Positions 23,417 to 35,277 are shown, counted from the stretch's first letter. The stretch: DNA of 64,000 nucleotides from an uncultured virus (IMG/VR IMGVR_UViG_3300038345_000178) (IMGVR_UViG_3300038345_000178); one strand, 5' to 3'. The notes: a model not told the origin generated them from the letters alone. Numbers and translations: made by a program.

Positions 23417-23466
23417 TAAAAATTTTTGTTATAATAAATTATAAAAATAAAAAGAAGGAATTTAAT

Positions 23467-25431
23467 ATGAATGAAATAAGAATTTTAATTGATAGATTAA
23501 ATCATTATACCGATTTATACAATGAAAATAAAAGTCCTATTCCAGACAAAGATTGGGATAATATGTATTTTCAACTTAAAAATCTGGAAAAAACCTCTGG
23601 AGTTATTTATCCTGACTCTCCTACGCAAAAAATTCGTTATAATGAAGTTACTGATTTGAAAAAAATAATACATGATCACCCTATGCTTTCTCTTGATAAA
23701 ACAAAAGAAAGAAATGAAGTTAAAACTTTTCTTCATGGGCAGCCTTTTGTAGCTATGTTTAAATTAGATGGATTGACCTGTTCTTTAACTTATGAAGATG
23801 GAAAGCTTACTCGAGCAGAAACTCGTGGTAATGGTATTGAAGGAGAGGATATTCTTCATAATGCTCAGGTTTTAGCAAATATCCCTCAAACTATTCATAC
23901 TTCACAAAAGAAAATAGTTATTGATGGAGAAGTTGTTTGTACGTATGGTAATTTTAAAAATTTTGAATCAGAATATAAACATCCCCGCAATTTTGCATCA
24001 GGAAGTATTAGACTCCTTTCTTCAAAAGAATGTGCAAAAAGGAAATTAAGTTTTGTAGCTTGGGATTTAATAGAAGGATATTCAAAAGTAACAACTTTTG
24101 AGGGAAAACTTCTTATTTTAGAAGGTCTTGGATTTGAGGTTGTTCCTTATATGAAATTAACTCAATGGAATGATTCTATTTTTGATATAATGGATGAACG
24201 TCCTGAACATTTTATTTATCCCATTGACGGTTTCGTATTTAAATTTGATAATTTAGCATACGGAGAAAGCCAAGGAAAAACTGATCATCATTTTAAAAAT
24301 GCAATAGCCTTTAAAAAATATGATGAATTATATGAATCTCGTCTGCAAGGAATAGAGTGGTCAATGGGAAAAACTGGTGTGTTAACTCCTGTTGCTCATT
24401 TTGATCCTATTGATATTGATGGTACGACCGTAGAAAAGGCTTCTCTTCATAATGTTAATATTATGAGAGAAATTTTTGGTGATTGTGCATATGTAGGACA
24501 ATATGTAAAAGTATTTAAAGCAAATATGATAATTCCACAAATTGCAGAGGCATATCCAAAAATGAGCTATGGAGAAGTAATTGCTCAAGGTGGCGTTTCA
24601 GCACATGATGTAATAGAATATTGTCCATATTGTCACAGCGCAGTTGATTTAATTAAAAGTCTTGACGGAACTCTTAATTATTATTGTTCAAGTCCATTAT
24701 GTAATGGAAAATTATTAAATAAATTAGAGCATTTTTGTGGGAAAAAAGGGCTTGATATAAAAGGAATTTCAAAAGTAACAATTAGTAAATTGATTGATGA
24801 AGGATGGCTTGGTTGTTATGCAGATGTCTTTACTTTAAAAAACTATCGTAAAGAATGGATAAAAATGCCAGGTTTTGGTCCACTGTCTGTTGATAAGATT
24901 TTAAAATCTATTGAAGAACATAAAACTACAACTTTGGCACAATTTTTAGCGGCAATTAGCATCCCCCTAATTGGAACTTCTGCTTCAAAAGATATAGCCA
25001 ATTATTTTAATAATGATTATAAAGCATTTCGTGCGGCAGTAGATAATCCTGATTTTTATTTTTTCTCACTTCCGAATTTTGGCATGGAAATGCATAAAGC
25101 TATTAAACAATTTAATTATGAAGAAGCAGATATTATCATGGAATTTCTTACAATAGAAAAACCTAAAGAAGTAAAATCTATTCAAAATAATAAACTTCAA
25201 GGGAAAAACATTGTAATTACAGGAAAATTAACACTATTTAAAAATAGAAATGAATTAAAAGAATTAATTATTCAAAATGGTGGAAAAGTATCTGATTCTA
25301 TTAGTACAAAAACAGATATTCTTATTAACAATGATATTAATAGCACATCAGCCAAAAATAAAGCAGCACAAAACAGGGGTATCCCCATTATATCAGAAGT
25401 TGACTTTATGAGGCTTTATATTGAAAAATAA
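23467..25431 (+). CDS. ligA: NAD-dependent DNA ligase
   Basis: HPMLSLDK, KLDGL, TRGNG, PIDG, Zn finger, C-terminal BRCT (VITGKL). ATG 23467 follows AAGGA. Confidence 0.92.
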   Translation: MNEIRILIDRLNHYTDLYNENKSPIPDKDWDNMYFQLKNLEKTSGVIYPDSPTQKIRYNEVTDLKKIIHDHPMLSLDKTKERNEVKTFLHGQPFVAMFKLDGLTCSLTYEDGKLTRAETRGNGIEGEDILHNAQVLANIPQTIHTSQKKIVIDGEVVCTYGNFKNFESEYKHPRNFASGSIRLLSSKECAKRKLSFVAWDLIEGYSKVTTFEGKLLILEGLGFEVVPYMKLTQWNDSIFDIMDERPEHFIYPIDGFVFKFDNLAYGESQGKTDHHFKNAIAFKKYDELYESRLQGIEWSMGKTGVLTPVAHFDPIDIDGTTVEKASLHNVNIMREIFGDCAYVGQYVKVFKANMIIPQIAEAYPKMSYGEVIAQGGVSAHDVIEYCPYCHSAVDLIKSLDGTLNYYCSSPLCNGKLLNKLEHFCGKKGLDIKGISKVTISKLIDEGWLGCYADVFTLKNYRKEWIKMPGFGPLSVDKILKSIEEHKTTTLAQFLAAISIPLIGTSASKDIANYFNNDYKAFRAAVDNPDFYFFSLPNFGMEMHKAIKQFNYEEADIIMEFLTIEKPKEVKSIQNNKLQGKNIVITGKLTLFKNRNELKELIIQNGGKVSDSISTKTDILINNDINSTSAKNKAAQNRGIPIISEVDFMRLYIEK

Positions 25432-25500
25432 AAAATTTTTTGATATAATAAAAATGTAAGATAAAAAAGATGAATTTATAAAAAATTAATAAAAAATTTT

Positions 25501-25529
25501 TTGACATTCAAAAAAAATTTTGTTATAAT
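25501..25529 (+). promoter_or_regulatory. Consensus SigA promoter, in tandem with a second at 25421-25449
   Basis: TTGACA-17-TATAAT with an extended TG. Confidence 0.8.
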
Positions 25530-25612
25530 AAATATAGATGATAAGAAATAACAAAATAAAAATTCATCTTACAAAAAATAAAAATAAATGATTTAAAAGG
25601 AGAAAAAAAATT

Positions 25613-25900
25613 ATGGCATTGAAAGATAATAGTAGACTAGTTTATAATTTTATTGTAGAGCATGATGGTGAAGACTTTACTGCACAGGACATTGCAGAAG
25701 CAACAGGACTTAATGTTCGCTCAATTAATGGTATTTTGACAGCAGCTTTTCAGAGACATAGAGACGCTGATAAGAATCCCGATCCTCTTATTGTAAGAGT
25801 TCCTGCAGAAATTGAAGACCCTGCAACTGGACTTCATAAGCCTGTTAAGTTCATTCAGCTAACTGAGTCAGGCAGAAATTTTGATCCTGATGCTGAATAA
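25613..25900 (+). CDS. Winged-helix DNA-binding protein
   Basis: FTAQDIAEATGLNVRSING HTH and LTESG wing. Confidence 0.7.
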   Translation: MALKDNSRLVYNFIVEHDGEDFTAQDIAEATGLNVRSINGILTAAFQRHRDADKNPDPLIVRVPAEIEDPATGLHKPVKFIQLTESGRNFDPDAE

Positions 25901-25912
25901 TAAATAATATTA

Positions 25913-25946
25913 TGGGGTTAGATTATATCTAACCCCATTTTTTTTT
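25913..25946 (+). terminator. Intrinsic terminator
   Basis: ATGGGGTTAGAT-TAT-ATCTAACCCCAT followed by a T-tract. Confidence 0.75.
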
Positions 25947-25961
25947 AAAGGTGTGATAACT

Positions 25962-26852
25962 ATGCAAATTACAGCAATTATATGTGGAAGTATTGCTATT
26001 ATATGTAGTATAATTGCAATTATTTATTGTTCAAAGCGCACAATTAAACTAAATATATAGCAATAGAAATATTTACAAAAATTAAATGAAAAAGTTATTG
26101 ATGCTTCTCATTAGATAGAAATAATTACTAAAAATATAAAGAAAGAAAATGAAAAAGCAGAACAAGAACGACAGAAAATTGAAAAAGAAATTTAGCTTTA
26201 TAAAAATTCTGCTGAAAAAGAATCTAAATAGTTACAATAGCTATATAATAAAAAGAACAAGATTATTACTGAATTAAATATAAATTTAAAAGAAAAAGAT
26301 AATTTAAATAATGAAATAAATAAATTAAAAAACACACTGGCTGCCGCAATAAAAAATGATGTAAGAGAAAGATAGAAAAAAGAAAAAATTAATTTCTATA
26401 AATTAACTATTTCAGACGAAGATTTAGCAGATGTTGAAATGTTAGAAAAATTAAAAATATCTTTTCATAAGCCTGTTGTATTAAGTAAACTTATATGGAC
26501 TCAATATTTTCAGAAACAAATGACTGATTTATGCAATCGAGTTCTTGGGAAGAAAATAGTTTGTGGTATTTATAAAATAACTAATACAATTACAGGTGAA
26601 CAATATATAGGGCAAAGTAAAAATATAGATGATAGATGGAAAGCACATTGTAAATGTGGACTTGGGATAGATGCTTCCGCAACAAATACTTTATACAATA
26701 GTATGCAAAAAGATAAAGTATGGAATTTTACTTTTGAAGTTTTATAGGAATGTAAACCAGAAGAATTAAATGAAAAAGAAGCATTTTGGATTTAGTCATA
26801 TCAAAGTAATATCTATGGATTAAATACGCAAAAAGGAGTTACAAAAAAATGA
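25962..26852 (+). CDS. N-terminal TM helix + coiled coil + C-terminal GIY-YIG domain protein, 9 TAGs
   Basis: ATG 25962 is in frame with track ORF 26439; GIYKITN...YIGQS...RWKAH. TAGs at 26058, 26064, 26112, 26193, 26229, 26238, 26373, 26745, 26793. TGA overlaps the next ATG. Confidence 0.75.
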
Positions 26853-27505
26853 AATTTGAAAATACTTGGGTAGGAAATCTTGAAGGAGCAATAAGAGGTA
26901 TGCGAAATCCTCTTGCAAGCTGGGATAAATCAGATAGTAAATGGAGCGAAGAAAGTTTTATTATAGGTGAAAAAGATATAGAATTAGCTCAACGTCTTAT
27001 AAAAGCTGGCCCAGAACATAGAAAATTTCTTCGTCAAATTTTTGTATCTGTTGACATAACTGCTCCACTTTTTTATTGGAAATAGGCAGATACTTACAAA
27101 GTAGCAACAGTAGCTAATAGCACAAGTACAATGCATAAACTTGCATCAACCCCTATTACTCTTGAATGTTTTGAAATAGATGATTTTGAAGAAAATTTAA
27201 AATATTTTCAAGGAAATACAACAGGAATGTTAGCTGACTTAATTATTGAACAATTAGAGTTTCTTCGCCAAAAATACAATGAAACAAAAGATATTCGTTA
27301 TTGGAAAGAACTTATAAGATGGCTGCCAGAAGGATGGCTCCAAAAAAGAACATGGACTGCAAATTATGAAACAATTAGAGCAATCTGTTCAAAAGGTCAA
27401 CGCCGCAATCATAAATTAACAGAATGGAGCAAATCATTTATAGATTGGGCCTGGTCTTTACCATATGCAAAAGAATTTATTTTTGATGATTTATTTGAAA
27501 AATAA
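26849..27505 (+). CDS. ThyX-like (FAD-dependent thymidylate synthase fold) protein, TAG at 27083-27085
   Basis: GMRNP, HRKFLRQI, APLFYWK*ADTYK, STMHKL, QRRNHKLTEW; two track ORFs in one frame. Confidence 0.7.
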
Positions 27506-27571
27506 TAAAAATTTTGATATAATATAATTACAATAAATAAATAATACAATAAAAAAGAGAGGTAAACTGTA

Positions 27572-27943
27572 ATGACAAAGAAAGAAGCTTTTATTAAAAT
27601 GGTTCAGGAAATTATTTTTGATAACGTTGATAACTATAATGATTACTTTGAAAGTGAAGATGGCAAGTTGGCACAGGCGTATTGGGCAGATTTTCAGAAA
27701 GCATCAGCTAGTAATGCAAAAGAAATGACCGATACGGGCTACAAGATTATTTGTTTTATGCAAGAGAACATGGAAGCTCTTCCAATGCTTGCAAAGGATA
27801 TTGGAGATGGCATTGGGACTTCAGGTCGTTCTGTCGCAGGTTCAATGAGAAAACTTGCTGCTGATGGTTATGTAGAAAAGATTGGTAAAGATCCTACAAC
27901 TTATGATTTAACCGACAAGGGCAAAGAGTACGCACAGAGTTGA
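27572..27943 (+). CDS. Winged-helix domain protein
   Basis: AKDIGDGIGTSGRSVAGSMRKLAADGYVEK...YDLTDKG. Confidence 0.7.
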   Translation: MTKKEAFIKMVQEIIFDNVDNYNDYFESEDGKLAQAYWADFQKASASNAKEMTDTGYKIICFMQENMEALPMLAKDIGDGIGTSGRSVAGSMRKLAADGYVEKIGKDPTTYDLTDKGKEYAQS

Positions 27944-27968
27944 CAAAAGATAAAATTTTTGATATAAT
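27940..27968 (+). promoter_or_regulatory. SigA promoter overlapping the upstream stop codon
   Basis: TTGACA-17-TATAAT. Confidence 0.8.
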
Positions 27969-28022
27969 ATAGTATAAGTTGATTGAAATTTAAGTTTTTA
28001 TTTAAAAGGAGAAAAAGATAAT

Positions 28023-28982
28023 ATGAAACCAAATGCAAAATTTATTAACACAGAGAAGATTGAAGGTTATGTTTATAGTACAGGTAAGGACTTTAATCAG
28101 CTTGGAGAAAGAATAACAGGAGAAAACTCAAAAAACCCTGGTACAAAATATATTGCAGGAGATCTTGATATTGTAGTTGATGAAACTGGTATCAATGTCG
28201 TTACAGTTCACTATAGTTATGTTACCGAATTTTATGGTAGCGGTAAGCCTAATAGCACTTATAAAGTATTGAAAGAAATTATTGACAATCCTGAAAGAAC
28301 ATGGATTAAAGGTGGTAAGGAAAATGCATTTAAAGTTCAGTGTACAGGGGTTTCACTTGGAGTAAATGACTTTATTGGTTCAGATGGCTCAAAAGTAGCA
28401 GCTCTAAGAAACGAAAATGGTTTCTGCTCTATTATCAATGAGTTTGATGAGCAGTCACAGAGAAACTTTTTCAAAATGGATATGCTTGTAACAAAGGTTA
28501 CTCGTGTAGAAGCAGATCCTGAAAAAAATATTGAAAAAGACTATGCTACAATTAGCGGCTGTGTCTTTGGATATGGTCCAAAGATTGTTCCCGTTACTTT
28601 TATTATGAAAAATGAAAAAGGCATTAAATATTTTGAAGATCTTGATGTTTCTAATGCAAATCCTACCTTTACAAATGTTTGGGGAGAAATTAACTGTTCA
28701 ACAGAAAAGATTATAAAGAGGGAAGAATCAGCTTTTGGCGAGGCGGCAGTTCAAGTATACGACAAGAAAGTTAAGGAATATGTCATTACTGGTGGCAAGC
28801 CCGTTCCTTATGATTTTGGCGACGAAGACATTCTTACTAAAGAAGATGTTATGAAAATGAGTCAGGAAAGACAGGTTATGCTTGCTGAGGTTGAAAAACG
28901 TTATAATGAAAGCAAGGCTAAAAAGGCGGCAAAAAACGCTACAACTGCTACAACAGTTCCTGATGGAGATTTTGTTTTTTAA
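28023..28982 (+). CDS. Probable single-stranded DNA-binding protein
   Basis: Beta-rich sequence with an acidic-aromatic tail (PDGDFVF), strong promoter and RBS, next to a Sak4-like gene. Function is inferred. Confidence 0.55.
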   Translation: MKPNAKFINTEKIEGYVYSTGKDFNQLGERITGENSKNPGTKYIAGDLDIVVDETGINVVTVHYSYVTEFYGSGKPNSTYKVLKEIIDNPERTWIKGGKENAFKVQCTGVSLGVNDFIGSDGSKVAALRNENGFCSIINEFDEQSQRNFFKMDMLVTKVTRVEADPEKNIEKDYATISGCVFGYGPKIVPVTFIMKNEKGIKYFEDLDVSNANPTFTNVWGEINCSTEKIIKREESAFGEAAVQVYDKKVKEYVITGGKPVPYDFGDEDILTKEDVMKMSQERQVMLAEVEKRYNESKAKKAAKNATTATTVPDGDFVF

Positions 28983-28985
28983 TAA

Positions 28986-29010
28986 AGAGGGGGTTTTAAC
29001 CCCTCTTTTT
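28986..29010 (+). terminator. Terminator-like hairpin
   Basis: AGAGGGGGT-TTTA-ACCCCTCT followed by TTTT. Confidence 0.55.
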
Positions 29011-29048
29011 CGTCTAAATAATAATAAGAAACAAGAAAGGAAATATAT

Positions 29049-30089
29049 ATGGCAGATATAGATATTTTTAGTATAAAACCACATCAAGTGAGCAGAAATC
29101 TAAGAGGTTATTCTATTTTCTTTTATGGATAGCCAAAAAGCGGTAAAACATCAACTGCTGCAAAGTTTTAGAAAAATCTTTTACTTGCATTTGAAAAAGG
29201 TTATAACGCAATCCCTGGAATTATGGCACAACCAATTAATAATTGGGCTGAATTTAGAAAGGTTCTCCGCCAATTAAAAGATCAAAAGGCAAAAGATACC
29301 TTCTATACCATTACTATTGATACTGTTGATATAGCATATGATTATTGTACAAAATATATTTGTGACAATGCTCAGCGTCCTGATGGCGGTTATGGAGTTG
29401 ATAGTATTAGTGATATTCCTTTTGGAAAAGGATATGGAATGGTATCAAAAGAATTTGATGAATGTTTACGTTCTATTGTAATGATGGATTATGGTTTAGT
29501 TTTAATTTCTCATTCTATTGATAAAACATTCAAAGATGAAAACGGAAATGAGTATAATAAAATTGTTCCAACTCTTGATAAAAGAGCAAACAATGTTGTT
29601 GCTCGTATGGCAGATATTATTGGTTACTCTCGAATTGTGGAATCAAAAAATGGACAAAATATTACTAAATTATTTATGAGAGGAACCCCTCGATATGAAG
29701 CTGGTTCAAGATTTAAATACACTCCTGATTATATTGACTTTTCCTATAAAGATCTTGTAAATGCAATTGGGGATGCTATTGATAAACAAGCAGCAGAAGA
29801 TGGTGAAGAGTTCTTTACAAATGAAAGAAATAATCTTTATACAGATACAACTAAAGATCTTGATTTTGATGAACTTTCAGATGGCTGTGCAGCAACTATC
29901 AATATGTTAATTGAAAAATATAATAAAGATGATGTCTTTGTTAATTTTTATAAACCTCGTATTGAACAAATTACAGATAAATATTTAGGACGAGGACAAA
30001 AGCTCAGTCAATGTTCAAGAGAGCAGGTCGAAGCGCTATCTTTAATTTTAGATGATCTAAAATTATTAGCAGAAAAAGAACCCACTTAA
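29049..30089 (+). CDS. AAA_24/Sak4-like P-loop NTPase, TAGs at 29130 and 29169
   Basis: MADIDIFSIKPHQVSRNLRGY...FYG*PKSGKT Walker A lies upstream of and in frame with track ORF 29223; also ITIDT, FGKGY, AGSRF. Confidence 0.8.
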
Positions 30090-30181
30090 AAATAAAAAGT
30101 CAAAGAAATTTATACGAATTTCTTTGACTTTTTTATTATTTTTTGTTATAATATAATATAAGTATAAAAAGGAGGATTTAT

Positions 30182-30706
30182 ATGAAAGCCGCATATGTAA
30201 AATGTCTTTATTGCGGTGAGCGGTTCAATAGAAATGATATAAATATTCAAGTTAAAAAGGTATCTGAAAGAAGATATGCTCATTTAAGCTGTTGGAAAAA
30301 ACATTTAGCAGAAATGACTATTGAAGAAAAAAATATGATAGCTTTTTATGAATATACTAAACAATTATTTCAAGAGGACTATAATTATGTATTAACTAAA
30401 AAACTTGCAGAAAAATATGTAAAAGAAAATAATTATACTTATAGCGGTATGTTAAAAAGTTTAAAATGGTATTATGAAAAAGAGGGTAATGATGTTAAAA
30501 AAAGTAATGGAAGTATTGGCATTTTACCTTATATTTACAACCAAGCATTAAATTATTATTATCTTTTACATCAAGCTCAAAAAGTAAACGCCACAAAAAA
30601 CGCAATAGAATATATTGAACCGCATATTCGTCAAGTAACAATAGAATCTCCCAGAGTATATGTACCAAAACCAAAAATGTGGTTCGAGGAGGATGATGAA
30701 ATATGA
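30182..30706 (+). CDS. Hypothetical Zn-binding protein preceding the helicase
   Basis: CLYC...HLSC; GSIGILPY; overlaps the helicase start. Confidence 0.65.
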   Translation: MKAAYVKCLYCGERFNRNDINIQVKKVSERRYAHLSCWKKHLAEMTIEEKNMIAFYEYTKQLFQEDYNYVLTKKLAEKYVKENNYTYSGMLKSLKWYYEKEGNDVKKSNGSIGILPYIYNQALNYYYLLHQAQKVNATKNAIEYIEPHIRQVTIESPRVYVPKPKMWFEEDDEI

Positions 30707-32253
30707 ACTCATTAAAATATTATGACACCGCAAGTTGTATGCAAGTTATAGGAACAGTATTTACAAACCCATCTATCCTAGATCTAGAAGAAAAATATAA
30801 ATTTAATTCAGAAGATTTTGCACAAGAGTTTCACAATATTTTATTTGGTTCTTTGTATAATCTTCATCAGCTTGGAGCACAACAAATCTCTGTTGAAGAT
30901 ATAGAAAAATATCTTGAACAGCGTCCTAAAAAATATGCTATCTATAAACTTAACAAAGGTTCAGAATATTTAGAAAATATAGCAAAAATGACTCAACGCG
31001 CCGCATTTGATTATTATTTTAATCGAATGAAAAAAATGACATTATTAAGGATGTATTCAAAAATAGGAATGGATGTTTCTTGGTTATATGATCCTGATAA
31101 TATTTTAGATGTTAAGAAAAAAGAAGCACAAGAAACTTGGTTTGATAACACCTCTATTGCTGATATAGCTAATGCAATTAATGATAAAATTGATAATATA
31201 AAATTAAAATATGTATATAATGCAGAAGAAAGTACAATTCAAGCAGGAGAAGGCGCAATAGATCTTTTAAATCGTTTAAAAGAAACCCCTGAAGTTGGAT
31301 ATCCATTATATGGAAAATTAGTTAATGCTATCCATCGAGGAGCAAGACTAAAAAAGTTTTATTTACGATCTGCAGCAACGGGCGTTGGTAAAACAAGATC
31401 CATGATTGCAGATGCTTGTTATATTGCCGCAAATAAAATTTATAATACTGAAACAAAAGAATGGGATTTAATCAATACTTGTGAACCAACTTTATTTATT
31501 ACAACAGAACAAGAAGAAGATGAAATTCAAACAATGTTCATTGCCTTTATTGCTGGAGTAAATGAAGACCATATTCTTGAAGGAACTTATGTGGATGATG
31601 AATGGGAAAGAGTTCAAGAAGCTGCTCAAATATTAACTAAAATTCCATTATATATTAAAAAACTTCCTGATTTTTCTTTGCAAGATATTGAAAATGCTAT
31701 TAAATTTCATATCCGTCAATTTAAAGTAAGATATGTATTTATGGATTATATTCACTCAAGTATGAAAATTTTAAGTGAAATTAGTTCAAAGGCGGGGGTA
31801 AAAGGATTAAGAGAAGACAATATTTTATTTATGATAAGCGTAAGATTGAAAGACTTATGTAATCAATATGGTGTTTTTATTATGTCTGCTACTCAGCTTA
31901 ATGCAGATTATTTATCTGCTCAACAATATGACCAAAATTTATTAAGGGGCGCAAAGGCTATCGCTGATAAAATAGATTGCGGTATGATTATGCTACAAGT
32001 AAGTGAAGATGATAGAGAGTCTCTTAAACCCGTTATCAGTGCAATGGGGATTGAAATGCCTGAAATTAAAATTTCAATTTATAAGAATAGAAGGGGAAGA
32101 TATAAAGATATACTTTTGTGGTGTAAGGCTGATCGAGGAATGTGTAGAATTAATCCAGTGTTTGTAACAAACTATAATTATGAATTAATTCATATTGATG
32201 ATTTAAAAATTACCGTTAAAGATAGTATAAAATTAGATGCTTCAGCTTTTTAA
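30703..32253 (+). CDS. DnaB-like replicative helicase
   Basis: SAATGVGKTR Walker A, FITTEQ, FMDYIH, SATQLN, KNRRG. Confidence 0.88.
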   Translation: MNSLKYYDTASCMQVIGTVFTNPSILDLEEKYKFNSEDFAQEFHNILFGSLYNLHQLGAQQISVEDIEKYLEQRPKKYAIYKLNKGSEYLENIAKMTQRAAFDYYFNRMKKMTLLRMYSKIGMDVSWLYDPDNILDVKKKEAQETWFDNTSIADIANAINDKIDNIKLKYVYNAEESTIQAGEGAIDLLNRLKETPEVGYPLYGKLVNAIHRGARLKKFYLRSAATGVGKTRSMIADACYIAANKIYNTETKEWDLINTCEPTLFITTEQEEDEIQTMFIAFIAGVNEDHILEGTYVDDEWERVQEAAQILTKIPLYIKKLPDFSLQDIENAIKFHIRQFKVRYVFMDYIHSSMKILSEISSKAGVKGLREDNILFMISVRLKDLCNQYGVFIMSATQLNADYLSAQQYDQNLLRGAKAIADKIDCGMIMLQVSEDDRESLKPVISAMGIEMPEIKISIYKNRRGRYKDILLWCKADRGMCRINPVFVTNYNYELIHIDDLKITVKDSIKLDASAF

Positions 32254-32268
32254 CAAGGATGGATTAAT

Positions 32269-33369
32269 ATGAATTTTAGATATGATAAAGATTCATTAAA
32301 AGAAAATTTAACAATAGAAGAAGTATTTGATTTAGTTGCAGAAATGGGCGGAGAACCGCAAATGACAAATGAGAATTATTTTATTTCAAAAACAATTTGT
32401 CATGGTGGCTCTCACCATAAGTTATATTATTATTCTAATACTAAGTTATTTCATTGTTATACAGAATGTGGAGATGCTTCATTTGATATTTATGAATTAG
32501 TTTTAAAAGTAAATAAAAATATGGGTATACCAAATTTTACACTTGGTAAAGCAATTGTTTTTGTAGCAAAATATTTTGGTTATACAACAGAAAACTTCCA
32601 ATTTGATGATGCTCCTGATAGTATTGAAGATTGGAAAATTATTAATGCTTTTAATAGGAACAAAGAGAAACAATCAAAACAAATTGTAGAATTAAAATAT
32701 TATGATGAAAATATACTAAAACATTTACCAAGACCCCATATTATTCCTTGGGAAAAGGAGAATATTGATTTTTCTATTATGAATAAAAGAGGAATTTGTT
32801 ATGACCCACTTAATATGGGAATTGTAATTCCTCACTATGATATTGATAATAATTTAATAGGGATTAGAGAAAGAACTTTAATAAAAGAGGAAGAAGCGTT
32901 TGGTAAATATAAACCAGCAATTTTAGGTGGACAACAATATAACCATCCACTTGGCTTTGCTTTGTATAATTTAAATTTTAGTAAAGAAAATATTAAAGCT
33001 TTTCGTAAAGCTATTGTTTTTGAAGGATAGAAGTCTTGTTTAAAATATGCTTCATATTTTGGAGAAGAAAATGATATTAGCGCTGCTTGTTGCGGTAGTA
33101 ATTTAATTAGCTATCAAGTTCAATTATTATTATCTTTAAATGTAAATGAAATTGTAATAGCATTGGATAAACAATTTAAAGAAATTGGAGATCTTGAGTG
33201 GCAAAAATGGACAGCTAAATTAAAAACAATTTATAATAAATTTGGAGCATATGTAAATATCAGTTTTATATTTGATAAATGGAATTTATTAGATTATAAA
33301 GATTCTCCAATAGATAAATCAAAAGAGACATTTATAGAATTATTTAAGAAAAGAGTGACAATAGAGTGA
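32269..33369 (+). CDS. DNA primase (Zn finger + TOPRIM), TAG at 33028-33030
   Basis: TICH...FHCYTEC; IPHYD...GIRER; VFEG*KSC...ALDKQ...KDSPID. Track ORFs 32269 and 33163 share a frame. Confidence 0.85.
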
Positions 33370-35138
33370 AATATAAATTAATTAGCCCCCCAAATAAAAA
33401 ATATTCAACAATTGAACAAATTTTAATTAATCGAGGAATTAAATAGTCTGATATTCATCATTATCTTAATTTAACAGATAATGATATAAATAGTTATTCT
33501 CTTTTGGGAACTACGGTACTTGAAAAAGCAGTAACAACATTGGTAGAAACAATTAAAAATAATGAAAATGCTTTTCTAATTATAGACAGCGACTGTGACG
33601 GTTTGACCTCAGCCGCACTCCTTATTAATTATCTATATTTAATTTTCCCAACATGGGTAAATAACCATCTTACATGGGAAATGCATAGCGGGAAACAGCA
33701 TGGCTTAAAAGACTTTATAGACAAAATATAGTTAAAACAATATGGGCTAATTTTATGTCCAGATTCTGCAAGCAATGATTTTGAAGAACATTCCCGCATT
33801 AAATCATATGGTGGCAATACAATTGTATTAGATCACCATTTGGCAGATAAAATTAGCGAAGACGCCATTGTTATTAATAATCAATTATCAGACTATCCTA
33901 ATAAAGAATTAAGTGGAGTTGGAATTGTTTGGCAATTTTGTCGTTTTATAGATGAAATTTTAAATATAAATAACGCAAATGAATTTTTAGATTTAGTTGC
34001 TCTTGGTTTATGTGCAGATATGATGAGTTTACGTGCTTTTGAAACAAGATACCTTATTACTAAAGGATTTAAAAAATAGAATATAAAAAATCCATTTATT
34101 ACAGGAATGTTAGATAAAAATGAATTTCCATTATCTAAACCTGATTATATTTCTACAGACAATACTATGGCTTGCACTTCAATGGGTGCAGCATTTTTCA
34201 TCGTTCCTTTTGTTAATGCTATGACAAGAAGTGGAACTCAAATAGAAAAAAATTTATTATTTAATTCAATGTTAAATCATAAAGCGTTTGAAAGAATTTT
34301 GTCAAATAAAAGAGGCCACAAATTAGGAGAATAGGAAATTTTATTAGCTCAAGCAATTCGTACTGTAACAAATGTAAAAAATAGACAAACAAGAGCAGAA
34401 GACGCAGGGCTAGCATTATTAGAACAAAAGATAGAAAAAGAAAAATTGTTAGAACATAAAATTTTATTATTTTTATTAGAATCAAATCAAATTGAGCCAA
34501 ATATTAGAGGATTAGTAGCAAATAAAATTATGGCAAAATATCAACGCCCATGTTTAGTTCTTACTAAAACTGAAAAAAATACTTATGAAGGCTCTGGTAG
34601 AGGCTACACTAAAACTGGAGTAAATAGTTTAAAATAGATTTTAGAGCAATGCCCTGAAGTGGCCTATGTGCAAGGGCATGAAAACGCTTTCGGATGTGGA
34701 ATTGATGCTTTAAAAATTGACTCCTTTATTCAAGCAACTGATGAGTTATTAAAAAATATGTCATCTGAAGCTATATATAGAATTGATTTTGATTTTAATG
34801 AAAAAGATGATAATAATCAAACTATTTTGGATATTGCAGGAATGAATGATTTATGGGGACAAGATATAGATAGAGCTTATGTAAAAATTACTTTTAAGAT
34901 TACTAATTCAAACTTTCAAGTAATGAAAAGTAATACTCTTAAATTTAATTTATTAAACGGTTTATCAATCATTCAATTTGGCGGCACAGATGAACAAATT
35001 GAATAGTTTACAACATAGGGCTATCTTGAAGTTAATGCCATATGCAAATGTAATGCTAACACATGGGCTAACCACACTTATCCGCAACTTATATTATAGG
35101 ATTATGAAATTATAGATTCAGCAAAATATTTCTTTTAA
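33366..35138 (+). CDS. RecJ-like DHH exonuclease, 8 TAGs
   Basis: DSDCDG, KQHG, LDHH, LSGVG, ADMM, GSGRG, GHENAFG. Five track fragments in one frame, split at TAGs 33444, 33729, 34077, 34332, 34635, 35004, 35016, 35097. Confidence 0.88.
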
Positions 35139-35277
35139 CTGCTCGGAACGCAGGCTGTCGCAATTTTAAACGAAAAATGGGGTTTAGATTTTTTTATTCC
35201 TATTTTTCGTTTTCTTGATTTTTTATAAAAAATATGATATAATATTATAGATTATATAAGAAGGAGGAAGTAGAACC

